Shown here piece by piece: positions 16,291 through 24,034 of a stretch of DNA of 26,918 nucleotides. The notes beneath the pieces were generated by a model. The model did not search any database and was not told the origin of the DNA. It was given only the letters and a program-made list of their open reading frames with translations. Numbering within the stretch: the stretch's first letter is position 1; each line of letters starts with the position of its first letter. Where the stretch lies: IMG/VR virus record IMGVR_UViG_3300017766_003106, positions 1-26,918 of that record. One strand, given 5' to 3'. The position numbers were made by a program, and so were the translations under genes. The stretch comes from a virus. Lineage: Duplodnaviria; Caudoviricetes.

Positions 16291-16860
16291 CTAGGAGCGG
16301 ACCACGGCGCAGGTGCCGCCCATGCCGCCGCCGGTGGAGCTGGTGGTGAGGCAGCCAAGGATCGTGGCGAGGTGGGGCAGCATCGTCAGCGGCGTTGGGC
16401 GGCTCGTGGTGCTGCTGGCGGCGTCGGTGCGCCACTCGACCTCCATTACGTCGAGCTTCAACCGCTTCAGGTCGCGGTTGGGGATGCCGGTGACGAGTGC
16501 CTCGCTCGTGGCGGAGCTGCGAAGCAGCGCAGGGTCGCCGAGTAGGGCGTTGGCGAGATCGAAGGTGGCGAGCTCGATTTCGCGGGGGATTTCGTCGTCA
16601 GCTGGTGCCTTATCACCGCAAGTGGCGTCGGTGCGGGGCCACGCGAGTGCTTGGGTGTCGGTGGTGCGGGTGCCGATCCATGCCAGCGTCTCGAGGCCGT
16701 TGGTGGCGGTAATCAGCGCTCTCGCTTTGTCGTCGGCTGTGGCGGTCGCCCAGGTCAGGGTGCCGATCATGCCGTTGGCGATGGTGTCGGCGGTGGCGGC
16801 AGTGAGGTAGGTGTTGGCGTTGCTGGCACCAGCCGTGGCAACAAGGGTTGGAGCTGGCAT
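16291..16860 (-). CDS. Head-tail adaptor (DnaT-like phage family)
   Basis: GASNANTYLTAATAD...W...KARALITAT...WIG.R...QALAWPR; lies after the capsid gene. ATG 16860 is preferred. Confidence 0.75.
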   Translation of the reverse strand: MPAPTLVATAGASNANTYLTAATADTIANGMIGTLTWATATADDKARALITATNGLETLAWIGTRTTDTQALAWPRTDATCGDKAPADDEIPREIELATFDLANALLGDPALLRSSATSEALVTGIPNRDLKRLKLDVMEVEWRTDAASSTTSRPTPLTMLPHLATILGCLTTSSTGGGMGGTCAVVRS

Positions 16861-16880
16861 CCCTAGGGTCACTTCGTGCT

Positions 16881-16891
16881 CCTAGGTTTCC
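16881..16891 (-). promoter_or_regulatory. Putative late promoter motif GGAAACCTAGG
   Basis: 20 nt upstream of ATG 16860; divergent partner at 16911. Confidence 0.75.
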
Positions 16892-16910
16892 TGGCTAGGG
16901 GTCTGGGATA

Positions 16911-16921
16911 GGCAACTTCGG
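16911..16921 (+). promoter_or_regulatory. Putative late promoter motif GGCAACTTCGG
   Basis: 20 nt upstream of GTG 16942. Confidence 0.7.
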
Positions 16922-16941
16922 TATGTAGATGCCTTAGTGCT

Positions 16942-17229
16942 GTGCCCGAAGACAACGCCACGCCGGAAGTGACGAAACCGGTGCGTTCCCGCAAATCTGC
17001 CAAGGCGGAAACGGCTACCAGCGGTGGCGTGCGGGATTGGCAGGAGGTGGTGAAGGACATCCGGCGGCTTAAGGATGAGGGGCTCACCGTGCCGGTGATC
17101 GCAGATCAGCTGGAGCTGAGCTACACCCTGGTCAATCAGGTGATGCTGCAGAGCTACAAGATGTCGGTGGATACGGTGGCGGTGTTTGAGCGACAGGAGC
17201 GGATGCGGCTCGGGCTGGACGCGGATTAA
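16942..17229 (+). CDS. Small helix-turn-helix protein
   Basis: IRRLKDEGLTVPVIADQLELSYTLVNQV HTH pattern; has its own promoter motif and terminator. Confidence 0.7.
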   Translation: MPEDNATPEVTKPVRSRKSAKAETATSGGVRDWQEVVKDIRRLKDEGLTVPVIADQLELSYTLVNQVMLQSYKMSVDTVAVFERQERMRLGLDAD

Positions 17230-17249
17230 CCGCCAGACATAAAGGCAAG

Positions 17250-17281
17250 AAAAAGCCCCCGTTTTGCGGGGGCTTTGCTTT
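17250..17281. terminator. Bidirectional rho-independent terminator
   Basis: AAAGCCCCCG-TTTTG-CGGGGGCTTT perfect 10-bp stem with A/T flanks, between the convergent capsid and HTH genes. Confidence 0.85.
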
Positions 17282-17294
17282 GAGCGCGGAGCGC

Positions 17295-18386
17295 TCAGGC
17301 GTAGACGCCGGTGTCGTAGGGGGTGCAAACGAGCAGGCGAGCCAAGGGGATGTTCTTGGCGTTGGTGTAGGCCAGAGCCCAGGAGCCGGTGGCGCCGAGG
17401 TTGCCGGTGGTGGCGGCGTTGGTGGGGTTGTCTCCAGCGGCGGCCCAGCGGGTGCCGGCGACGTGGTAGCCCATGTGGTAATCCACGTAGAGCATGTCCT
17501 GGAACGAGGCCTTGTTGCGGTCGTATTCGACGCGCAGGTCCTGTTGGACACCCTCGCCGATCACGCCGCTGCCGAACACGTACACGGGGTACTTGTTCAG
17601 GTGGGTGGCGGTGCCACCGGCGATGACGCCGAGCTGGTCGTCGACGATCACGTTAAGGCCGGCGAAGCGACCCACCAGGCCGGCGCCCAGACCAGCGCCC
17701 ACGCCGCCGCCGGCGTAGACAGAACCGCCAGCAGACTGCACTTGCAGGTAGCCGAGCTCCTCCAGGTACGCGGCGACTGCCGAGTGCATGGCGATGGTCG
17801 TCAGCTCGGTGCTGCGCTCACCCAACACCTGCTTCACCTTCACCACGTTGGCGGCGGTGAGGTAGTTGGCAGCAGTGGCAGAGGTGGTGCCAGTGGCGTT
17901 GTAGGTGTTGGCGCCGAGGATGCCGCTAGCGCTGATGCCGCCGAAGATGCCGCCCAGCTGAGCCAGCAGGGTTGCGGTCTTCTTCTTGTTGATGGCAGCG
18001 GACAGCTGGTCGCGGACATAAGCGAGGGGGTCGCTTACGCCGGAGCCCAGCTTGGACAGGTCGTCCACTCCGTAGCTGAAGCCGCGGTGCAGGATCGTCA
18101 TGATCTGCTCGTCGGTGCTCAGCGCCTGGGGCGTGAGGTAACCGGCGCCGCTGGTGCCCCAGTCGTTGGAGGACTTGATCTGCTCCTCAGTGGGGTTGAT
18201 CGGGTCGAAGCCGGGGACGCGCACGCGGGTGCCGCCGGCGCGGGCGTCAAGGGCGGCGTTGCGCTGGACGATGCCGCTCTGGATCCACTTCGATTGCTCG
18301 AAGATGCGCTCGGCGGTATAGGCCTGAAAGTCGGGGCGGACAATCAGGTTCGAGAGGAATGTGCCTCCCTGGTTCTGCAAAGACAT
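17295..18386 (-). CDS. Major capsid protein
   Basis: 363 aa after the scaffold and followed by a terminator; TFLSNLIV.P.F..Y...SKWIQSGIV, AMHSAV, GRFAGLNVIVDD. Confidence 0.9.
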   Translation of the reverse strand: MSLQNQGGTFLSNLIVRPDFQAYTAERIFEQSKWIQSGIVQRNAALDARAGGTRVRVPGFDPINPTEEQIKSSNDWGTSGAGYLTPQALSTDEQIMTILHRGFSYGVDDLSKLGSGVSDPLAYVRDQLSAAINKKKTATLLAQLGGIFGGISASGILGANTYNATGTTSATAANYLTAANVVKVKQVLGERSTELTTIAMHSAVAAYLEELGYLQVQSAGGSVYAGGGVGAGLGAGLVGRFAGLNVIVDDQLGVIAGGTATHLNKYPVYVFGSGVIGEGVQQDLRVEYDRNKASFQDMLYVDYHMGYHVAGTRWAAAGDNPTNAATTGNLGATGSWALAYTNAKNIPLARLLVCTPYDTGVYA

Positions 18387-18414
18387 GGCTAGAAAAAGCG
18401 GGGTTTACCGTGAG

Positions 18415-19140
18415 TTACCCGCGACCGGCTTCGGCCTTGAGGGCCTTGGCGAGATCAGGGTTTTCTGCTTCCAACCGCAGAGCCTCCGTCAAGTTGAATG
18501 ACTCCGCTTTGAACGGGTTGCTGACGCCAGGGAGGCCGGTAGCGCTGGGGGCGCTGCCCATGCCGCGGGTGCCGGTGGGGGCGAAGTGGTGCTCCCAGCC
18601 GCTGCCGGGGTTGCGCAGTTGCGTCAAGTAGGCGTTGAGCGGTTGCTCGATGCCGTTGATGATCACGGCGGGGCCGTTATCTGCGTTGCGCAACTGGGGC
18701 TGCAAGAGGCCGAGCAGTTGCTCGGGGGCAAGGGCGCTGGCTCCGGCGATTTGCTGTAAAGCAGTGGCGCGGAGTCGCTCGTTTGCCGCTTCTGCATCCT
18801 TGGCTTGAAGCGCGGCTTCAAGTTCGACGATGCGTTGTTGCAGCCGGGCGTTGTCGGCGTTGGCGTCCTCCCACAGCTTTTTGAATTCGCCCTGGTTGGC
18901 GAGCTGCTCCTGGTGGCCTGACTTGAGACGGGCTTCCGCGTCGCGGAGGCTCTTTTCGATCTCGCCCAGTCGCTCATTCAGCCGCTTGTTTGCTTCGCCT
19001 TTGGCCAGATTGTCCTGTTGGACGAGTTCGAGCTTTTTGCGAAGTGAAACGGAGTCGTCGCTCTGGGGGACCGCGGGTTGCTGAGTCACGGACTCAACCT
19101 GTTCCTCGACTGGAGGAACACCCATGACTGGCTCAGTCAT
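18415..19140 (-). CDS. Capsid scaffolding protein
   Basis: Coiled coil with QGEFKKLWE; C-terminal NPFKAESFNLTEALRLEAENPDLAKALKAEAG. Confidence 0.8.
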   Translation of the reverse strand: MTEPVMGVPPVEEQVESVTQQPAVPQSDDSVSLRKKLELVQQDNLAKGEANKRLNERLGEIEKSLRDAEARLKSGHQEQLANQGEFKKLWEDANADNARLQQRIVELEAALQAKDAEAANERLRATALQQIAGASALAPEQLLGLLQPQLRNADNGPAVIINGIEQPLNAYLTQLRNPGSGWEHHFAPTGTRGMGSAPSATGLPGVSNPFKAESFNLTEALRLEAENPDLAKALKAEAGRG

Positions 19141-19160
19141 GCGGTTGGATGAAGGTACGT

Positions 19161-19171
19161 CCGAGATTGCC
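19161..19171 (-). promoter_or_regulatory. Putative late promoter motif GGCAATCTCGG
   Basis: Intergenic, 20 nt upstream of the scaffold ATG. Confidence 0.75.
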
Positions 19172-19206
19172 GCTAACTACCTAGGGCGCTTCGCGCCCTA
19201 CCAGCG

Positions 19207-20031
19207 TTATTGCGTGAGGGTGGGGATGACGATGCAGCGGCAGAGCGGGTGGAGCGGTGGGGCGCCGCGGGGGAACTCAGCCGGTGATGGCGCGGTTGTG
19301 CCATCGAGTGGTCGGCAAACCGGACAGGTGCGGGGGTCTAGGACCGCCACCCATTGCCAGGAGCTGGTGCGGATGCCCTCGGCGGCGGCGGTAGCGGAGA
19401 TGCGTTCTTGGCTGGGGGTGACGAGGCCCCACAACGCGGCGGCGGTAATAGCGCGGGTGCGCTCACGCCAGGCGTTGGCAACGGTGCCTTTGCGCGGGAC
19501 GGCGATGGTGCGGCCGGCGCGAGTACGCGTACCAATCACAACGGCGGCGACTTCCTCCGTGGGCAGGTCGCGCATGGTGGCGGCGAGGACACTGCGCTCC
19601 AGAAGGCGCAGTAGCTGACGGGCGAACGGGCTAATGCCGGTGGCGTCTCGTGAGAACAGCCGCGCCAATGGCGTGGTGAGCACTTCGGTGCGCTCGAGGA
19701 TCTCGGTGAGTGGGCGCGGTGGGATGACGCGGTTGGGGAAGCCGTAGTAGTTGAGGGTGCTGGTGAGGATCGCGACTTCGGTGGGGATTAGACGGCTGAA
19801 CAGCGCTCGGGCCAGGGTGTCGTTGGCGGCGAGCAGGAGCGGGAGGAGCTCTTGGCGGAGTTCCGGCCAGCGGAGTTGGCGCTCGAAGCTGGTGGCAGGC
19901 AGACGGGCGAGGAGGAGCGCGTAGATGCGGAGGGCGAGCTCGTAGAGCACCGCCTGCGCCTCTTCGTCGGTGAGGTCTTCGGCGCGGGTTATGGCGCTCG
20001 CAAGCTCGCGCAGGTAGGCGCTTGGCGTCAC
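19207..20031 (-). CDS. Head morphogenesis protein (SPP1 gp7 / Mu gpF family)
   Basis: WQWVAVLDPRTCPVCRPLDG...PPLHPLCRC signature; directly after the portal. Confidence 0.9.
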   Translation of the reverse strand: MTPSAYLRELASAITRAEDLTDEEAQAVLYELALRIYALLLARLPATSFERQLRWPELRQELLPLLLAANDTLARALFSRLIPTEVAILTSTLNYYGFPNRVIPPRPLTEILERTEVLTTPLARLFSRDATGISPFARQLLRLLERSVLAATMRDLPTEEVAAVVIGTRTRAGRTIAVPRKGTVANAWRERTRAITAAALWGLVTPSQERISATAAAEGIRTSSWQWVAVLDPRTCPVCRPLDGTTAPSPAEFPRGAPPLHPLCRCIVIPTLTQ

Positions 20032-20034
20032 GGC

Positions 20035-21600
20035 TTAGTTCGCGTTTCTGCCGGGACGCATTGGCGTGGGCAGGGTCTGGCTGGTCAAGGTTTCGCCTTG
20101 GCCGGCGTTGGCGGCCGGTGGTTGAAACGCCATGTCCGGGCCGGCGCTATTGAGGCGGTCCATGGCTTGTTGTTCGGCTAAACGTTCGGCGGTGAGGGTG
20201 ATCTCCTCGTCAAGGTCGATGTTGGGGGGCAACACTTCGCCCTGCTGGAGGATCTCGAGCAGCGTTTGTTGGCTGATCGCGCCTTGCATGTAGAGCTGGA
20301 GGTAGGCGGTGATCTGGTTGCCGTCGATCAGGCGGTTTTCGTAGTCGCGGGGGATCGTCACCACTGGTGATTCGATGCCGACGTACTCGCCTGCCAGCTC
20401 GAAGAGTTGGCTGATCGCGCGTTCGAGGTCACCAGAGATCACCGCCATGATCGAATCGGAGTCGATGCGGTCGATGCGGCGAGCTTCTGCTGCCGCATTG
20501 GTGAGGTTGGCTTGGCTCAGCGTGTTAATGCCGAGGCGGCTGATCTGGTCCTCGAGCGCCTGGAGGCACTTGAGTTGGGAGTCGAAGGCTTCGCTGGTGG
20601 GTTGGACGTACTCGGCGCCGCCATCTGGTGGCAGCAGAAGAGCCGTGTTGACGCTGATGCCGAGGGGAGTGTCTGAGTCGGGGTCGAATCCGCGGAGCAC
20701 CAGCATTGGGTTGGCACCGACGTGGATGGCGTGGTGGAAGTCGCAGAAGCGCTGGGCATACGCCACGCACAGGAAGGCGACTTCCTGTAGGGGTGGGAGG
20801 CTGAGCAGGTTGCCCTGGCGGTTGCTGTAGACGGTGACGAGGGGGATGCGGTCGAGGCTGGTGGTGCCGCGGTTGGTGAGTTCCCAGCCGGTGGTGGGGT
20901 AACCGGGTGCGGGGGAGGGGGCTTGCCAGATCTCGAAACGGCCCGGTTCCATGACGCGGATCTGATCGACGAGCGATTCGCCGTAGGCGCCTTTGGCGCG
21001 GCAGACGCGTTCGCGGATGCGGACTTGCGTTAGATCGCTGGAGGTGGAGTCGTTGCTGGTCCGCCAGCCCAGGATTTGGCGGGGTGAGACGGGGACGAGG
21101 TACGGCTTGGCGCCGCGTTGGCGTTCTTCGGCCAGGCTGCGGGCGGTGGTGTTGGGCGTGTAGTCGACGATGCTGCTGGAGTGGCCGTAGAGGAGGGCTG
21201 TGACAAGCTGGCGGCGGACGTATTCGTCCAAAGTTGTACCGTCACCGGTGACATCGTTGCGCCAGTCGTCCCAGTAGGGGTCGCCTTCGAGGTTGATGCC
21301 TTTGCGGAGGATGACGCCGGCGGCTTGACTCGCGAGGCGGGTCAGAAACGGCGGCATTGTGGCGTGGAAGATGCGGCGCTCGTAGCTGCTGGCGGCTTCG
21401 GATGGTTCGCGCGGGATTATCGCTTCGGCGTTAGCGCGGAGGACGCGGGTGCCGCCCACGCAGATGTCGATGGGCTCCCAGTTGGGCATCATGCCCAGGA
21501 CGGCGCTGGCGATGACGCTGGGGTCATCGGGCAGCCCGTATTGCAAGGGGGCGGTGGTAGGGAAGGGCGTGCGGGTGGGGTAGGTGCTGTTATCAGCCAC
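20035..21600 (-). CDS. Portal protein (DUF4055-like)
   Basis: 521 aa; IPREPSE...YERR, ILGWR, IPLV, LPPLQEVA, QGAISQQTLLEILQQGEVL; position before the gp7-like gene. Confidence 0.85.
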   Translation of the reverse strand: MADNSTYPTRTPFPTTAPLQYGLPDDPSVIASAVLGMMPNWEPIDICVGGTRVLRANAEAIIPREPSEAASSYERRIFHATMPPFLTRLASQAAGVILRKGINLEGDPYWDDWRNDVTGDGTTLDEYVRRQLVTALLYGHSSSIVDYTPNTTARSLAEERQRGAKPYLVPVSPRQILGWRTSNDSTSSDLTQVRIRERVCRAKGAYGESLVDQIRVMEPGRFEIWQAPSPAPGYPTTGWELTNRGTTSLDRIPLVTVYSNRQGNLLSLPPLQEVAFLCVAYAQRFCDFHHAIHVGANPMLVLRGFDPDSDTPLGISVNTALLLPPDGGAEYVQPTSEAFDSQLKCLQALEDQISRLGINTLSQANLTNAAAEARRIDRIDSDSIMAVISGDLERAISQLFELAGEYVGIESPVVTIPRDYENRLIDGNQITAYLQLYMQGAISQQTLLEILQQGEVLPPNIDLDEEITLTAERLAEQQAMDRLNSAGPDMAFQPPAANAGQGETLTSQTLPTPMRPGRNAN

Positions 21601-21617
21601 TCGCTTAACGCGTATTA

Positions 21618-21628
21618 CCTAGTTTTCC
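21618..21628 (-). promoter_or_regulatory. Putative late promoter motif GGAAAACTAGG
   Basis: 17 nt upstream of the portal GTG; overlaps the stop of the last cassette gene. Confidence 0.75.
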
Positions 21629-21837
21629 GTCGCCTCCAGCTCGGCGGCGATGGCGAGGAGGCGAAGGCGCGTCAGTTGTCGGGCTTCTACTGCGGCGTCC
21701 ACTCCGGTCAAATACTCGTGCGGCACCACCTGATCCGCAGCAGCGCGGAGGGCGGCGGCCAAGCACAGTCTCGGCGTTGAAAATCCAATGTCGTGGGCAT
21801 CCAGCACCGCCTGCGCCTGTGGTGATAGGTCAGTCAT
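21619..21837 (-). CDS. Small hypothetical protein, family B copy 3
   Basis: LSPQAQAVLDA / AAALRAAADQV / LLAIAAELE blocks. Confidence 0.8.
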   Translation of the reverse strand: MTDLSPQAQAVLDAHDIGFSTPRLCLAAALRAAADQVVPHEYLTGVDAAVEARQLTRLRLLAIAAELEATEN

Positions 21838-22057
21838 TGGTGTTCTCCAATTCTTCGGCGATGGCGAGGAGTTGCAGCCGAGACGTAATGATTCCGCCGA
21901 CTTGATGGCTTTGTCCTGGGTCGTGATGCAACTGCTCAGCTGCAGCTCGCAAGGCAGCGGCGGCGTGAGCGCGGGCCATCATCTGCTGCGGTCCATTCAG
22001 CTCTTCCATGTAGAGAGCGTCCAGCACTGCCTGCGCTTGTTGTGACAACTCAAGCAT
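21830..22057 (-). CDS. Small hypothetical protein, family B copy 2
   Basis: LSQQAQAVLDA / AAALRAAAEQL / LLAIAEELE; start set at 22057 by paralogy and the 8-nt overlap. Confidence 0.8.
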   Translation of the reverse strand: MLELSQQAQAVLDALYMEELNGPQQMMARAHAAAALRAAAEQLHHDPGQSHQVGGIITSRLQLLAIAEELENTND

Positions 22058-22313
22058 CGCTCCCTTCCAGCTCGGCGGCGATGGCGAGCAGTTCGGCGCG
22101 AATGGTTCTGCGCTCATCCCAGATGCCTTTCAGCATTTCAGGATCATCAGGTTCTGAGTGTGGCGTCTCTGGGGCCACCTGATCCGCAGCAGAGCGGAGG
22201 GCGGCGGCGGCAATCCAGCGACATTCGTTGAGGCAATCATCTGGGCCGTGAGAGCTGGCCCCATTGGCAGCATCCAGCACCGCCTGCGCCTCTTTCGATA
22301 GCTCAGCCATCAC
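22050..22313 (-). CDS. Small hypothetical protein, family B copy 1
   Basis: LSKEAQAVLDA / AAALRSAADQV / LLAIAAELE. Confidence 0.8.
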   Translation of the reverse strand: MMAELSKEAQAVLDAANGASSHGPDDCLNECRWIAAAALRSAADQVAPETPHSEPDDPEMLKGIWDERRTIRAELLAIAAELEGSDA

Positions 22314-22867
22314 TCAGCCTCCTGCTGCGGCACCGGCAGCGCGTGGTGGGGGAGCCAGTGGGTCCATCCGCTGCCAGCGAGAGATCGCTCCAATTGCTTG
22401 AGGGACATGCCCATCTGAGACCAATCCCAGCCACCGCAAACTTTTTTCCCGAGCCAGCACCAATGATTCGCGTCTGGTTCGTCAGGCCACGGTGCGCAAT
22501 CCTCCGGCCCCGGCAGGCGCTCAGCGACGGGCACCGGCTCGATGGCGGGGCGGATAGTGCCAGGGAAAAGACGAGCGTTGATCCAGTTGATAAACTCTTC
22601 CGCTTCCTGTCGGTCTTCTCCGACTTCGAGCCCATCGAAACCGTTGCCCTTAATCGAGGGGCGGTCGTCCGAGCTGTAGTGCTTGACGATGAAGGGCGCA
22701 TAACTACCCGGCCCCTGCGGCTCGGGCTGGGCTAGTAGGGCGGCTCGGGCGCGGTCGATCAAGGCATGGGACTCTTCAGTGGGTTCTACCTCTCCAAAAG
22801 CAACCCATAGCTCTAAGTCGTCAACCAGCTCAGCGCACAGCGCTCGCCAGTCGATGGGGTCAGTCAT
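22310..22867 (-). CDS. Hypothetical protein with a DUF551-like C-terminus
   Basis: DWRALCAEL...RARAALLAQPEPQGP...PVPVAERLP...THWLPHHALP; start set at 22867. Confidence 0.75.
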   Translation of the reverse strand: MTDPIDWRALCAELVDDLELWVAFGEVEPTEESHALIDRARAALLAQPEPQGPGSYAPFIVKHYSSDDRPSIKGNGFDGLEVGEDRQEAEEFINWINARLFPGTIRPAIEPVPVAERLPGPEDCAPWPDEPDANHWCWLGKKVCGGWDWSQMGMSLKQLERSLAGSGWTHWLPHHALPVPQQEAE

Positions 22868-23171
22868 CGGGCAAAGCCTCCAGGGCGCGGCGGATGGTGT
22901 CAATGTCGCTTTGGTCGTGTCCACCTCTCTCAATGCCATCAATCAGGGCGCACAGTGCTTGCTGTTTGAGGCTCGGCGGCTTGGGGCGGCGGGCGGAAAG
23001 CAGATCACTGGCAAGGTTGTCAAAGCCTTTGACGCGCAGCCACACCAGCAACGCCTCCAGCTCCTGGTCGGCGCCGGCAGCGTAGGCAAGCTCTAGTCGC
23101 TCCATCCAAGTCAGCCTTGCCTCATTGCAAAGCGTGCGCACCAGCTCCGGCAGTGGGGTGGGGTTAGTCAT
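22860..23171 (-). CDS. Small hypothetical protein, family A copy 3
   Basis: TPLPELV / AGADQELEA / ARRPKPPSLKQQAL / IRRALEALPDD; start set at 23171. Confidence 0.8.
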   Translation of the reverse strand: MTNPTPLPELVRTLCNEARLTWMERLELAYAAGADQELEALLVWLRVKGFDNLASDLLSARRPKPPSLKQQALCALIDGIERGGHDQSDIDTIRRALEALPDD

Positions 23172-23496
23172 TGGGCAGGGCCTCCAGGGCGAGGCGGATG
23201 TCAGCAATTCCAGCCCAGTACCCAGGTTCGTCGCTCTCCAGCTCTGCCAACCTGGCCAGCGCCAGCTCCTTCAAGCTCGGCGGCTTTGGGCGACGGGCAG
23301 CGTAAAAATCATCAATTGACGCCGGATTCAGGCGGGGCTCCAGCCACTCACAACACGCCTCCAACTCCATGTCTGCGCCCCACTGGGCGGCGCGGGTGGC
23401 GATGTAGTAATGACTCTCGATGCCAAACTTTTCTAAGGTCTCGACAAGCCACTGCTGTACCAGCTCCGGCGGTGGGGTGAGTTTGGGGTCAGTCAT
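23164..23496 (-). CDS. Small hypothetical protein, family A copy 2
   Basis: TPPPELV / WGADMELEACC / ARRPKPPSLKELAL / IRLALEALPND. Confidence 0.8.
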   Translation of the reverse strand: MTDPKLTPPPELVQQWLVETLEKFGIESHYYIATRAAQWGADMELEACCEWLEPRLNPASIDDFYAARRPKPPSLKELALARLAELESDEPGYWAGIADIRLALEALPND

Positions 23497-23866
23497 CGGG
23501 CAGGGCCTCTAGGGCAAGGCGGATGGTTCTCATGTCATCAACAGACAGGCGGTTATCGGCTGTTGCATTGCCGTAAAGCTCGTGAACTGCAACGCTTTCA
23601 AGCACTGCCAACGCCTGCTCCTTCATGCTCGGCGGCTTGGGGCGGCGGGCGGTACGGAGCTCTGCAGCGCGGAACGGTCCACGTAGGTTCCTGATTGCGT
23701 CGTACCACTCGGGATCCGAGAGCTGGGTGCAGCACGCCCCCAGCTCCTGGTCGGCACCAGCTTGGAAGGCTCTGGCCCATGTGGCTTCGAGACTTTCGCC
23801 ATTGTGGAATTGGTGGGACAACGCTTGCAAAAGCTCCGGCGGTGGCGTGATGGGGTGGTCAATCAT
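23489..23866 (-). CDS. Small hypothetical protein, family A copy 1
   Basis: TPPPELL / AGADQELGACC / ARRPKPPSMKEQAL / IRLALEALPDD; RBS GAGGAG. Confidence 0.8.
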   Translation of the reverse strand: MIDHPITPPPELLQALSHQFHNGESLEATWARAFQAGADQELGACCTQLSDPEWYDAIRNLRGPFRAAELRTARRPKPPSMKEQALAVLESVAVHELYGNATADNRLSVDDMRTIRLALEALPDD

Positions 23867-23875
23867 TAGTTCTCC

Positions 23876-24034
23876 TCACTTAGAGCCCAGGCAGACGATC
23901 TGCGCCGGCTTGTTGTCGTAGAGCTTTTGGCAGGCTTGCCATTTTTGGGGCAGCCACCACCAAGCACCCGCAATCATGATCAGCAGAAGTAAGACAGCTG
24001 CTCCGATTGCGGTGTAGTCGTCAAGGCTTTTCAT
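23876..24034 (-). CDS. Small membrane protein (52 aa)
   Basis: MKSLDDYTAIGAAVLLLLIMIAGAWWWLP, one TM helix; AGGAGG RBS; ATGA overlap with the upstream gene. Confidence 0.7.
   Translation of the reverse strand: MKSLDDYTAIGAAVLLLLIMIAGAWWWLPQKWQACQKLYDNKPAQIVCLGSK

Larger units (their letters stand above)
22856..23515 (-). repeat. Three 31-bp imperfect direct repeats at gene junctions (23485-23515, 23160-23190, 22856-22886)
   Basis: Minus-strand consensus GCCCTRGAGGCYYTGCCCRATGACTRACCCC contains the stop of one gene and the start of the next. Confidence 0.9.

Noticed and set aside
17395-17405. Motif copy GGCAACCTCGG inside the capsid gene
   Set aside because: It encodes G-N-L-G and points at the terminator with no gene to drive; compatible with chance.
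17280-18392. 370-aa plus-strand ORF, and other long antisense ORFs such as 3721..4422, 9995..10603 and 21118..21780
   Set aside because: Shadow frames opposite well-supported genes in high-GC DNA, with no recognisable motifs.
18387-18420. GGGTAACTCAC / GGTAAACCCCG before the capsid gene as a late motif
   Set aside because: Several mismatches to the consensus; the capsid gene is more simply co-transcribed from the scaffold promoter.
22856-23515. CRISPR array or integron attC cassettes
   Set aside because: The repeats are imperfect, protein-coding, non-palindromic and about 300 bp apart; no cas or integrase gene is present.
23876-24034. Holin or spanin call for the small TM protein
   Set aside because: No endolysin nearby and no lipobox; it lies in the accessory cassette.
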